Positions 1 to 7,950 of a DNA stretch of 10,750 nucleotides are shown here, one piece after another. Positions within the stretch are counted from its first letter, which is position 1. Each line of letters opens with the position of its first letter. Made by a program: the position numbers and the translations under genes. The notes under the pieces are model-generated. The model did no database searches, was not told the origin of the DNA, and saw nothing but the letters and a program-made list of their open reading frames with translations. This DNA comes from Candidatus Thorarchaeota archaeon (lineage in GTDB: Archaea; Asgardarchaeota; Thorarchaeia; Thorarchaeales; Thorarchaeaceae): contig JAFGAR010000120.1 of NCBI GenBank assembly GCA_016933575.1, positions 1 through 10,750 of the forward strand, given 5' to 3'.

Positions 1-101
1 AGGAAATCTATGGGAGCATAATCATCTTCCCACACGCTTTGAGAAACCTGTCTTACCTGTTCGAGATCATCAGATGTTAGGTTACGAACTGCGACTGACA
101 T
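1..101 (-). CDS. 5' part of a probable GNAT-family N-acetyltransferase (runs off the window edge)
   Basis: Not in the ORF track. The reverse strand from ATG at 101 reads MSVAVRNLTSDDLEQVRQVSQSVWEDDYAPIDF with no stop. The VRxLTxDDLxxV...W pattern is typical of the GNAT beta1-alpha1 start. A TATA-like TTAAAG (123-128, minus strand) lies 22-27 nt upstream, consistent with a leaderless transcript. Confidence 0.6.
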   Translation of the reverse strand, partial: MSVAVRNLTSDDLEQVRQVSQSVWEDDYAPIDF

Positions 102-144
102 ACATTTCTGTGAATATCAAGTCTTTAAGAAGAATACGAAGTAG

Positions 145-978
145 CTATCTTTTCTGCAGGATTAGACAATGATGATGGTGAACATTAGATACATAGGTCG
201 TAGGATATCCCCAACATCCAAGACGCTTGTTATCCTGACACCAGATCATTTCTTGTCGCAGGGCATAAGTCTTGGATAGTCTTCTTGCAAGGTCCCACGC
301 AATTGGCTTCATCTCTCCGTCGATGTCACGCATATTTTGGACCACGATCACCAAATATGCATTCTTTGCCAATATGGGTTCTAGGCGGTCGAAAATCTCT
401 CCTATTGTATCAATATACTCAGCATAGTCGTCTAGATTCCCGATGTCCTCCTCAGAGTCGCTATAGTACGTATCGAATCCCGATGCTTCTCTTTCTTTTT
501 GGACGGAGTCATTTCCACCTCTTGACTTTCGGAGCATATTCCAATAGGGAGGAGACGTCATGAGCAACGAGAAAGGAGGAATCGAATCCTTGAATATTTC
601 ACCGAGATGCTCCAGGGTTCCATGGGCATTTCCCATGATGAGATATGTTCTTCCACTTCCCTTCGTTTTTTCTAGATGCCTACTACCAATCTCAACGTAC
701 TCACCATTGAGTTCAACACCAATCGCATTCCGTCCAAGCTCCTTCGCAGCAACAAGTGTGCTTCCTACTCCTGCAAAGGGATCGAGCACCCATGCATCGG
801 CCTTAGTGAAGAATCTCAGAAAACGAGAAACTAGCTCCTCAGGATATTTTGCTGGATGATTTGCTTGACCTGCTGATCTCGGTTTGGGATTCACTACGAA
901 CCAAGATTTGGTGGCTTTCACCCATTCCTTACCGTTAAGGTCGTTCAATGTAGCTTTTGCAGAGTCTTTCTTAGACAC
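145..978 (-). CDS. SAM-dependent amino-methyltransferase, N4-cytosine/N6-adenine DNA methylase-like, orphan, permuted motif order
   Basis: Motifs in order: HPAKYPEELV (motif X region), VLDPFAGVGST (motif I), GVELN (motif II), TSPPYW (catalytic motif IV), and a later WDLA...QEMIW segment. GTG start. Confidence 0.88.
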   Translation of the reverse strand: MSKKDSAKATLNDLNGKEWVKATKSWFVVNPKPRSAGQANHPAKYPEELVSRFLRFFTKADAWVLDPFAGVGSTLVAAKELGRNAIGVELNGEYVEIGSRHLEKTKGSGRTYLIMGNAHGTLEHLGEIFKDSIPPFSLLMTSPPYWNMLRKSRGGNDSVQKEREASGFDTYYSDSEEDIGNLDDYAEYIDTIGEIFDRLEPILAKNAYLVIVVQNMRDIDGEMKPIAWDLARRLSKTYALRQEMIWCQDNKRLGCWGYPTTYVSNVHHHHCLILQKR

Positions 979-1033
979 CTTGATCAGGATGCACTAAGAA
1001 AACAATGCCATCATAAATCTACCCTACAGACTC

Positions 1034-2650
1034 TCAACGATCCATGATGATATCTAAGGCAATATTATCGGCATGATCGCTGATTCGCTCAAGATTCCGA
1101 AGAGTCTCCGTAAAGACCGTATCTGCTTCAGCTTGACATATTCCATGAGCCATTCTTTCGTTGTGGGAATTGCGGAGGTCTCTCTCGAGCACATCTACCT
1201 CATCCTCCATCTGCTCAGCTTCTCGTGCAATCTCCTTGTTCTTTGTCTTGAATGCTTTCACTGATCGTTCATATGTATCCGAAACAAGATTGAACATGGC
1301 TCGGAGATCGTGTATTCCCTCTTCAGAGAACATGATACCATTCTGCATGCGCTCCAATGAGAACTCACTGATGTTCTCACATAGGTCTCCAACACGTTCA
1401 ATATCCGTCAACATGGCTAACATCTTCATGCGCCATATTTTGTCTTTTTCATTAAGCTCTTCCTCATGTATCTTATCAATAAAGTCCTCAGTTGACCTGC
1501 AACGCTCATCAACATCATCCTCAAGGAGAAGAATCCTTCTAGCATCCTCCATGTTTCGTTCAAGCAGAGCGCTTTCACTTAAGGTCAGCATAACCATTGT
1601 TGCTTCAGCGATTCGATGCATCTCCTTCTCAGCTTCACGAAGGGCGACTTGTGGAAAATGCAACATCTGCTCATCAAAGAAGTGTTTACCTATTATCTCA
1701 CCCTCTTTGTCTGGTATCAGCCGTTCGCAGAAACGAACTAAGACGCCAATTAGAGGGATGAACATCAAACTAACAAGCACATTGAAAATAGTATGAGCAT
1801 TGGCTATCTGATGTGGAATATCATTTGCCGTTAGTGCGACAATTTCTGAAAACGGACCGATGAATGGAAAGAATACAGCTACCCCAATGACATTTATCAT
1901 CGTCTGTGCTATGGCTGTTCTCTTCGCAGGCGTTGTGGCTCCAATCCCTGCGACTAGCTCTAGGAAGCAGGTTCCTATATTTGCACCCATTACAAGAGCA
2001 ATTCCCATGGGTAATCCAATCAGTCCAGCACTACCAAGCGCGATAACTAGACATGTGGTTGCTGAACTACTTTGTGTCGATCCAGCGATAGCTGTGCCTA
2101 CTAGAATTCCAACTATAGGGAAGGCACTATACTCATTAATGGCATCTACAAAGAAGGTATTATCAGGATCATTCAGTATTGCTTTTGCGCCGTCCTTCAT
2201 GAACTCCATCGCAAGGAAGATGACACCCAAAGAGAAGAGAACCTTGAAGATATTTCTCCAGCTGTCTTTAGGGGCGAACATCATTCCGAAGAATCCAATG
2301 GCGATCAATGGCCAATACATGAATCCAATGTCAAACGAGACAATTTGAGCAGTGATGGTCGTGCCAATTTCTGAACCCAGCATCACATTCACAGACTGTC
2401 TGAACGACATCATCCCAGCGTTAACAAATCCAATTAGGGTGAGAACCGTAATGCTAGAACTTTGTGTCATGAATGTAGCAGCAGTACCAGCTCCCATTCC
2501 CCTGATTGGATCGTTGCTTACCTTCTCTAGTACCCTCGCCACTCTTGCTCCAGATAGCTTGGATAGTGTTTCTCTTAGTAGCGTGATTGAATACATGAAA
2601 AGAGCAAGCCCACCAATGACAACCACCAGATTCTCAACGATACTCGCCAT
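1034..2650 (-). CDS. nptA: Na+/phosphate cotransporter (SLC34/NptA/YjbB family) with C-terminal PhoU-like repeats
   Basis: Two QSSS repeats (TQSSSITV, TQSSSATT), each followed by GxxIGT (GSEIGTT, GANIGTC), plus AHTIFN and about 8 hydrophobic segments. The soluble C-terminus has PhoU-type motifs EDDVDE/DIERVGD and EDEVD/NLERISDH. Confidence 0.93.
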   Translation of the reverse strand: MASIVENLVVVIGGLALFMYSITLLRETLSKLSGARVARVLEKVSNDPIRGMGAGTAATFMTQSSSITVLTLIGFVNAGMMSFRQSVNVMLGSEIGTTITAQIVSFDIGFMYWPLIAIGFFGMMFAPKDSWRNIFKVLFSLGVIFLAMEFMKDGAKAILNDPDNTFFVDAINEYSAFPIVGILVGTAIAGSTQSSSATTCLVIALGSAGLIGLPMGIALVMGANIGTCFLELVAGIGATTPAKRTAIAQTMINVIGVAVFFPFIGPFSEIVALTANDIPHQIANAHTIFNVLVSLMFIPLIGVLVRFCERLIPDKEGEIIGKHFFDEQMLHFPQVALREAEKEMHRIAEATMVMLTLSESALLERNMEDARRILLLEDDVDERCRSTEDFIDKIHEEELNEKDKIWRMKMLAMLTDIERVGDLCENISEFSLERMQNGIMFSEEGIHDLRAMFNLVSDTYERSVKAFKTKNKEIAREAEQMEDEVDVLERDLRNSHNERMAHGICQAEADTVFTETLRNLERISDHADNIALDIIMDR

Positions 2651-2726
2651 TTGGAACGAGAGCTGCGCAGGATGACCTACATATGAATCTTCCTTTAGTC
2701 ACTTCTCTGCAATGAAGCAAATGCAA

Positions 2727-3740
2727 TCAAATGTGTGCTTCGATCATTCTATTGATAGCTACCTCTCCAATGTCTGCGCAATATGAGACGATCCTACCAA
2801 GATGGAGTATCAGTAGTATTTCGTGAGGATTCTTTGCTGGTGGAGATAGTCTCTCCAAGGTTTCTTCAAGTCTATCAGTCTTCCTCACAGATGCAAAGGC
2901 ATCTTCTGCCCCGAATGATTTCTTACTGCCCTTCTCAATCTCACTTACCGTCACAGCGAAGAATGTCTTCGTTGTTGTTTCGAATACTTCCAAAACATCT
3001 TTGCTCAAATCGCGCAGCTTCTTACTCACTGAAGGTAGCTGTAGCATTGCCTGAGTTGCTTCGCAGATATGATCTGCTATCCGTTCTACATACTTGGCAG
3101 CAAGACTATAGTGCAGAGCCTCTGATGGATTAATATCAATCTTTCTCGCATATGACGGATTTTGGAGTGCAAGGTGACATAGTCTTTCTACAAAATATCG
3201 ATGTCTATCCACATCCTCATCTCTGTCGAGAATTTTCGAGCTTTGGTCATATTCTTGACTATCCATTGTATTTACTAGTGTTGTCAGCATGTATTTTGTA
3301 GTTGAGAATTGTCGTCGGAGAATCGGCGTAATCACTTGCTTCTCGCTGGTATCACTTATTGTGAGGCTGTCCGTGTGCTCTTCAAGAATCTCGAAACCTG
3401 GTAATTTCCGTATCCACCGACTTATTTGCTCTCTCATTGCCATATCTAAGCTCTCGGAGAATGTCAGCTTGAGCTTATTTACTCCTACAATGTACGAACC
3501 TATAAGCAACTCCACAATGTTGACTTGATTATCATTATCCACCTCAAAGAGGAGAGGGTTGCTTTCTAGGAGGTTGATCGTTGGGGGTATTATCCGTAGA
3601 TATCCTTCTGGCATTTGCTCGATTCTAACCTCTGAGTCCTTTGTGAGTCCAAAGGAGTCGCACCATTGTCGAGGCAGATAGACATAGAATGAATTCCGCA
3701 CTTGGTTCAGCTTTCGAGTATTGATCACTGAATTCACCAC
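2727..3740 (-). CDS. Archaeal phosphate-uptake regulator: N-terminal AbrB/MazE-like DNA-binding domain plus PhoU domain
   Basis: The N-terminus TRKLNQVRNSFYVYLPRQWCDSFGLTKDSEVRI matches the RKxQ...S..vxLPkxW...GL...D.V swapped-hairpin pattern. PhoU motifs: DRDEDVDRH, KYVERIADH, and C-terminal GRIVSYCADIGE. It is divergent from pstS. GTG start at 3740 or 3737. Confidence 0.87.
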   Translation of the reverse strand: MVNSVINTRKLNQVRNSFYVYLPRQWCDSFGLTKDSEVRIEQMPEGYLRIIPPTINLLESNPLLFEVDNDNQVNIVELLIGSYIVGVNKLKLTFSESLDMAMREQISRWIRKLPGFEILEEHTDSLTISDTSEKQVITPILRRQFSTTKYMLTTLVNTMDSQEYDQSSKILDRDEDVDRHRYFVERLCHLALQNPSYARKIDINPSEALHYSLAAKYVERIADHICEATQAMLQLPSVSKKLRDLSKDVLEVFETTTKTFFAVTVSEIEKGSKKSFGAEDAFASVRKTDRLEETLERLSPPAKNPHEILLILHLGRIVSYCADIGEVAINRMIEAHI

Positions 3741-3750
3741 ATCATGTGTT

Positions 3751-3891
3751 GTAAATGTTTCCGTTATTGTGTAAATGCAGTAGTGAGCTAATCTCTAATA
3801 AGGATATTCGTAGGACTCCCTTAGGTAATATCCAGAAGAAGCTCACTCTTGAGCGAAATCTCTTAGATAGAATAGCATATGAAACATTTAC
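3751..3891. repeat. Nested inverted repeats in the divergent regulator/pstS intergenic region
   Basis: Three perfect reverse-complement pairs, nested around ~3815-3821: GTAAATGTTTC 3751-3761 / GAAACATTTAC 3881-3891; AGTGAGCT 3782-3789 / AGCTCACT 3840-3847; GGATATT 3802-3808 / AATATCC 3827-3833. Confidence 0.7.
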
Positions 3892-3910
3892 TTCAAGTAC
3901 TGACATACGA

Positions 3911-3916
3911 TTATAA
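3911..3916 (+). promoter_or_regulatory. Candidate archaeal TATA box for the pst operon
   Basis: TTATAA, 47-62 nt upstream of the two likely pstS starts (3963, 3978). It is the best TATA-like hexamer on this strand, but no clear BRE is visible. Confidence 0.4.
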
Positions 3917-3977
3917 TGCGGATTCCTTAACTATTCGACTTTTTCGTCTTGCGTTAACATTCATGGAGAAAAAGAAC

Positions 3978-5021
3978 ATGGATTCAAAGACTTTAATTGT
4001 TGGACTTGTAATCGGTCTTCTGATCGGTGCAGGTGGAATCTTCATTGCCGCTCCGGCACTATTCCCCTCCACAACACCAACCTACACCATCACAAGCTCC
4101 GGTTCAACTACAGTCCTGCCCCTCTCTCAGATGTGGGCTTCAGAAATAGGTGACTTCTACCCCAACTTCGTCTTCAATCCTACCGGAGGCGGTTCAGGTA
4201 AGGGACAAGCAGATGCAGCTTCTGGTCTCGTCGATATCGGTGCTTCAAGCTCATATCCAAAGGAAGACTGGAGAACTGCCAATCCTAATGTAGACATCCT
4301 GCCTATCTCAGCTGATGCGTTAGGTATTGTTGTCAATGATGCAGTGAATGGATCGACCATGTACATGGATGCTGATCAAGCATGTGCCATCTTCGCACGA
4401 AACATCACAACATGGGAAGCCTTCGAGACAACCTTTGGTGTCAGCGTTGAAGCAACTGGTGATATCAATGTGTATGTTCGTTCTGATGCCAGTGGAACTA
4501 CTGCAACCTTCGCCAAGTGGCTAAAGACTGCTGCGGACTACGATCACCCAGATGCAGACTATACCTGGGGATACGGTGACAGCGAGTCGATTGACTGGGC
4601 TGCAGGTATAAACGCAGTAGAAGGTAATCCTGGTGTTGCATCTGGTGTCGAATCCGATGCTAATGCTATCGGATATGTTGGCTTAGCCTTCATGGACGAT
4701 GTCACTGCTGTCTGGCTCTACAATCCGAGCTTGGATGAGTACATCGAGCCTACAGTCGAGAACGCACTAAACGCACTTCCCGATGTTATCACTAATCCTG
4801 GTGTCAATCTATTCAATGCAGACCGACCAAACGCATATCCAATTGCACGTTTGATCTTCTATCTCATTCCTGAGAATCCACAGTGGTACACCATTGCTTT
4901 CTTGTCATGGTGCCTCTCTGCAGGGCAGACCTACATTCTTGATGTCGGTTACGTACCCATTGCTGGATCTTCAGCTGGCTCTTACGCTGTAAGTGTAATT
5001 GCTACTATGGTTCCTGCATAA
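3978..5021 (+). CDS. pstS: Phosphate ABC transporter substrate-binding protein, N-terminally membrane-anchored
   Basis: Motifs SGSTTV, GGGSGKG, DIGASS, RSDASGTT, AIGYVG, YPIAR. N-terminal TM helix LIVGLVIGLLIGAGGIFIAA with no lipobox Cys. Start placed at ATG 3978 because GGAG (3965-3968) lies 9 nt upstream, like other genes here; 3963 is the alternative. Confidence 0.93.
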   Translation: MDSKTLIVGLVIGLLIGAGGIFIAAPALFPSTTPTYTITSSGSTTVLPLSQMWASEIGDFYPNFVFNPTGGGSGKGQADAASGLVDIGASSSYPKEDWRTANPNVDILPISADALGIVVNDAVNGSTMYMDADQACAIFARNITTWEAFETTFGVSVEATGDINVYVRSDASGTTATFAKWLKTAADYDHPDADYTWGYGDSESIDWAAGINAVEGNPGVASGVESDANAIGYVGLAFMDDVTAVWLYNPSLDEYIEPTVENALNALPDVITNPGVNLFNADRPNAYPIARLIFYLIPENPQWYTIAFLSWCLSAGQTYILDVGYVPIAGSSAGSYAVSVIATMVPA

Positions 5022-5040
5022 GGGACTACTACCTCCTTCT

Positions 5041-5064
5041 GGAACGCATCTTCTGATGCGTTCC
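5041..5064 (+). terminator. Stem-loop between pstS and pstC (partial terminator or mRNA-stabilising hairpin)
   Basis: Perfect 10-bp stem GGAACGCATC-ttct-GATGCGTTCC about 20 nt after the pstS stop, followed by the pyrimidine-rich CACTTCTATTT. Confidence 0.65.
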
Positions 5065-5122
5065 CACTTCTATTTACGGATTCGATAGACATTAAAGCGA
5101 CTCAAATTGGTGACGAATTGCA

Positions 5123-6145
5123 TTGACAGATAAGCAAGGTACCTCAACAGAGGAAGCATATGCTGAAGATAGTACCATCGAGGAAATTGGTTTCCTTCAG
5201 AATTTAAAGAATGGTTTCTCTTCATACTTTCACGATCTGCGTACAGCGAAAGGTCCTGCGCGAATGGATATCTTCGGAAGGACCATGCTCATCATTCCCG
5301 CCTTGGCAAGTGTCACAATTATCACTTTGATACTCGCAATGCTATGGGTCGAATCAGCTCCGATCCTCCTGAGTGAGCAAGCGGGGATTGGAATCATCGT
5401 TGATACCGAATGGGGTCCCAACCGAGGTCATTACGGAATCGCGATATTCATTGCAGGAACATTCCTCTGTGCATCAATCGCCATCCTGATTGCGATTCCC
5501 ACTGGCGTTGGAGGAGCTATCTTTCTAAGCGAATTCTGCCCTTTGCGCATCAGGTCTTTCTTTCGAACTATCATCGAACTAATGGCAGCTATTCCTTCTA
5601 TCGTCTATGGCCTCTGGGCATTTACTGTGCTTCGCTTTTGGGTCGCTGACCTAGGCGAATTTTGGTATGGAGGCGATATGAATGGTCTCTCGCTCCTCTC
5701 GGGAGGCATAATTCTATCAATCATGCTTCTTCCAACTGTAGTGACTGTGTCTGACGATGCATTGCAATCTGTACCCAAGACATATCGCGAAGCTTCCTTT
5801 GCTCTAGGAGCAACCAAGAGTGAGACCGCAAGACGAATAGTCCTGTCTGCGGCAATCCCTGGAGTGGGGGCTGCAGTTGTGCTCTCACTAGGTAGAGCAG
5901 TCGGAGAAACAATGGCTATTCTGATGGTCACTGGGAATTCACTGCAGATTCCACTCACGTTATTTGATCCTTGCTATGTGATGACGAGTATTATCACGAA
6001 TCAGCTCGGGACAGCCTATGTCGAGCCCTTATGGCGTTCATCATTGTTCTCGGTGGCATTGATACTGATGCTCATGTCTGTGGCATTCACATTGATAGCT
6101 AAGGTGTTCATCAGCTGGGGCATGAAGACAAGGGGGATGAGCTAG
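5123..6145 (+). CDS. pstC: Phosphate ABC transporter permease PstC
   Basis: Motifs WGP...YG, IELMAAIPSIVYGLW, EAA loop YREASFALGATKSET, LGRAVGETMA. TTG start with GGTGA (5109-5113) 9 nt upstream. Confidence 0.95.
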   Translation: MTDKQGTSTEEAYAEDSTIEEIGFLQNLKNGFSSYFHDLRTAKGPARMDIFGRTMLIIPALASVTIITLILAMLWVESAPILLSEQAGIGIIVDTEWGPNRGHYGIAIFIAGTFLCASIAILIAIPTGVGGAIFLSEFCPLRIRSFFRTIIELMAAIPSIVYGLWAFTVLRFWVADLGEFWYGGDMNGLSLLSGGIILSIMLLPTVVTVSDDALQSVPKTYREASFALGATKSETARRIVLSAAIPGVGAAVVLSLGRAVGETMAILMVTGNSLQIPLTLFDPCYVMTSIITNQLGTAYVEPLWRSSLFSVALILMLMSVAFTLIAKVFISWGMKTRGMS

Positions 6146-6146
6146 A

Positions 6147-7130
6147 ATGGTCGAAGATAAGAAACTCCTCTTGCAAGAATCCGCCTATGAGGGACCCTAC
6201 TCAGAAGAACCGACAGCTCTTCAGTCTCTTAAGAAACAGCTGAAATCTGCGACTAACTCGAAACGTGACTTCTCTGATTTTCTCTTTAAGATTCTCCTTG
6301 GCGTTATCACAATCATCATCATTACTCCTTTCTTTCTGATTTTCTTTCAAGTGGCTGATGTCGCAAGATTCGTCTTCTTTGGAAACGGAGAGGGCGAAGG
6401 CATTGACTTCCTCTTCACTCTTCCGACTGAAGCTGAGGAGCCTTTGAATGGGGGGATTGCGAATTCCATTGTTGGAAGCATCCTTCTGTGTGCCATAGCG
6501 GGAAGCCTTGGTATTCCTCTGAGTGTATTTGGGGCAGTATATATTAGCGAGTACACAAGAGCGGGAAAGTTGAGATCTGCCATCGAGTTCGGTGCTGATG
6601 TTCTTGCGGGGATTCCCTCTATCGTGTTCGGTGCTTTTGGTCTGGCTCTATTCGTTGATGGGCTTCATCTTGGAATGGGTCTGTTCTCAGGGGGCATGAC
6701 TCTTGCCTTTATGATGATTCCAACCATACTACGAACAACACAAGAGGCATTGCGACAAGTCCCAATCTCTTTGCGTGAAGCGTCCCTCGCTTTGGGTGCC
6801 ACAAAATGGACAACAACATGGAGAATTACAATTAGAGCTGCGTTTCCAGGAATCATCACAGGAGTCCTTCTTGCAATTGGGCGAATTATAGGTGAAACCG
6901 CACCGCTCTTGTTCACATCAGGGAACTCTCTTGGATTTCCTGGAGCAATAATTGGATCTGCATCATGGGTCGCATCACTGCCATACACCATCTACCTGTA
7001 TGTTAGTGACCCCCGCGATTACCTTAATCAGAAGGCCTCAGCAGCAGCACTCACATTGCTCCTTATTGTTTTAGTCATCGATTTGATAGCGAATTACATT
7101 TCAAGAAAAGTAACCAGAAGGGTGGTCTAA
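6147..7130 (+). CDS. pstA: Phosphate ABC transporter permease PstA
   Basis: Motifs GGIANSIVGS, LAGIPSIVFGAFG, LREASLALGATKWTT, IGRIIGETAPLL. Starts 1 nt after the pstC stop. Confidence 0.95.
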   Translation: MVEDKKLLLQESAYEGPYSEEPTALQSLKKQLKSATNSKRDFSDFLFKILLGVITIIIITPFFLIFFQVADVARFVFFGNGEGEGIDFLFTLPTEAEEPLNGGIANSIVGSILLCAIAGSLGIPLSVFGAVYISEYTRAGKLRSAIEFGADVLAGIPSIVFGAFGLALFVDGLHLGMGLFSGGMTLAFMMIPTILRTTQEALRQVPISLREASLALGATKWTTTWRITIRAAFPGIITGVLLAIGRIIGETAPLLFTSGNSLGFPGAIIGSASWVASLPYTIYLYVSDPRDYLNQKASAAALTLLLIVLVIDLIANYISRKVTRRVV

Positions 7131-7132
7131 GA

Positions 7133-7939
7133 ATGACATCAATTTTTCCTGAGGACAAACCTGGAATAACCAAAGAAAAACCTCACAATGCAAAGATAAT
7201 CATCGAAGACTTATCGACGTGGTTTGGGCGAAAGAAGATACTCAAGAATATCTCATGCTACTTTGAGGACCGAAATGTCACTGCAATCATGGGACCATCA
7301 GGATGTGGAAAGTCAACGCTACTCAGGACCATGAATAGGCTGAATGACCTAATTGGCAACTTCAAGGCCACCGGGAAGATATTCATTGAGGGCGATGACA
7401 TTCTTCGTCCTGAGGCTAATGTCTATTCCCTGAGAGCGAAGGTGGGCATGGTCTTCCAACGTCCTAACCCCTTCCCAATGAGTATCAAGGACAACATCAC
7501 ATATGGTCCCTCATTGCAGGGCATAAATGACGAAGATGAACAAGAGAGGATTGTAGAAACTTGTTTGAAGAAAGCAGCCCTTTGGGATGAAGTCAAAGAT
7601 AATCTCGATCATCCCGCCCCAAATTTATCAGGTGGACAGCAACAACGCCTTTGCATTGCAAGAGCTTTGTCTGTAAATCCACCGATCCTATTGATGGATG
7701 AGCCTGTGTCTGCACTTGACCCACTCAGTGCATCTAAGATCGAAGATCTTATCATAGAGTTGAAGAAGGAATATGCAATTATCATGGTCACACATAATGT
7801 TCAGCAAGCTTTCCGTGTATCAGATCAGGCTGCATTCCTATACTTGGGGGAGCTTGTAGAATTTGACAAGACCAAACGCATCGCTGAAGCCCCGGCTGAT
7901 GATAGGACTGAGGCATTCATTACTGGTCGCATTGGTTAG
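7133..7939 (+). CDS. pstB: Phosphate ABC transporter ATP-binding protein PstB
   Basis: Walker A GPSGCGKS, GMVFQRPNPFPMSI, signature LSGGQQQRLCIARAL, Walker B LLMDEP, VTHN, and C-terminal FITGRIG. Confidence 0.97.
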   Translation: MTSIFPEDKPGITKEKPHNAKIIIEDLSTWFGRKKILKNISCYFEDRNVTAIMGPSGCGKSTLLRTMNRLNDLIGNFKATGKIFIEGDDILRPEANVYSLRAKVGMVFQRPNPFPMSIKDNITYGPSLQGINDEDEQERIVETCLKKAALWDEVKDNLDHPAPNLSGGQQQRLCIARALSVNPPILLMDEPVSALDPLSASKIEDLIIELKKEYAIIMVTHNVQQAFRVSDQAAFLYLGELVEFDKTKRIAEAPADDRTEAFITGRIG

Positions 7940-7950
7940 GAGAGATGAAG

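Noticed and set aside
285-859. + strand ORFs inside the methyltransferase, and similar short ORFs inside the regulator, pst, phoU and GTPase genes
   Set aside because: They lie within or almost wholly overlap well-supported genes and have no motifs.
1161-2675. Long + strand ORFs of 211, 162 and 107 aa
   Set aside because: They are codon-register antisense shadows of nptA. The Ser/Ile/Pro-rich composition mirrors the sense codons and there are no recognisable motifs.
3879-3962. N-terminal extension of pstS in the ORF track
   Set aside because: It overlaps the candidate TATA box and operator and pushes the membrane anchor ~38 residues inward. The ribosome-binding site supports 3978.
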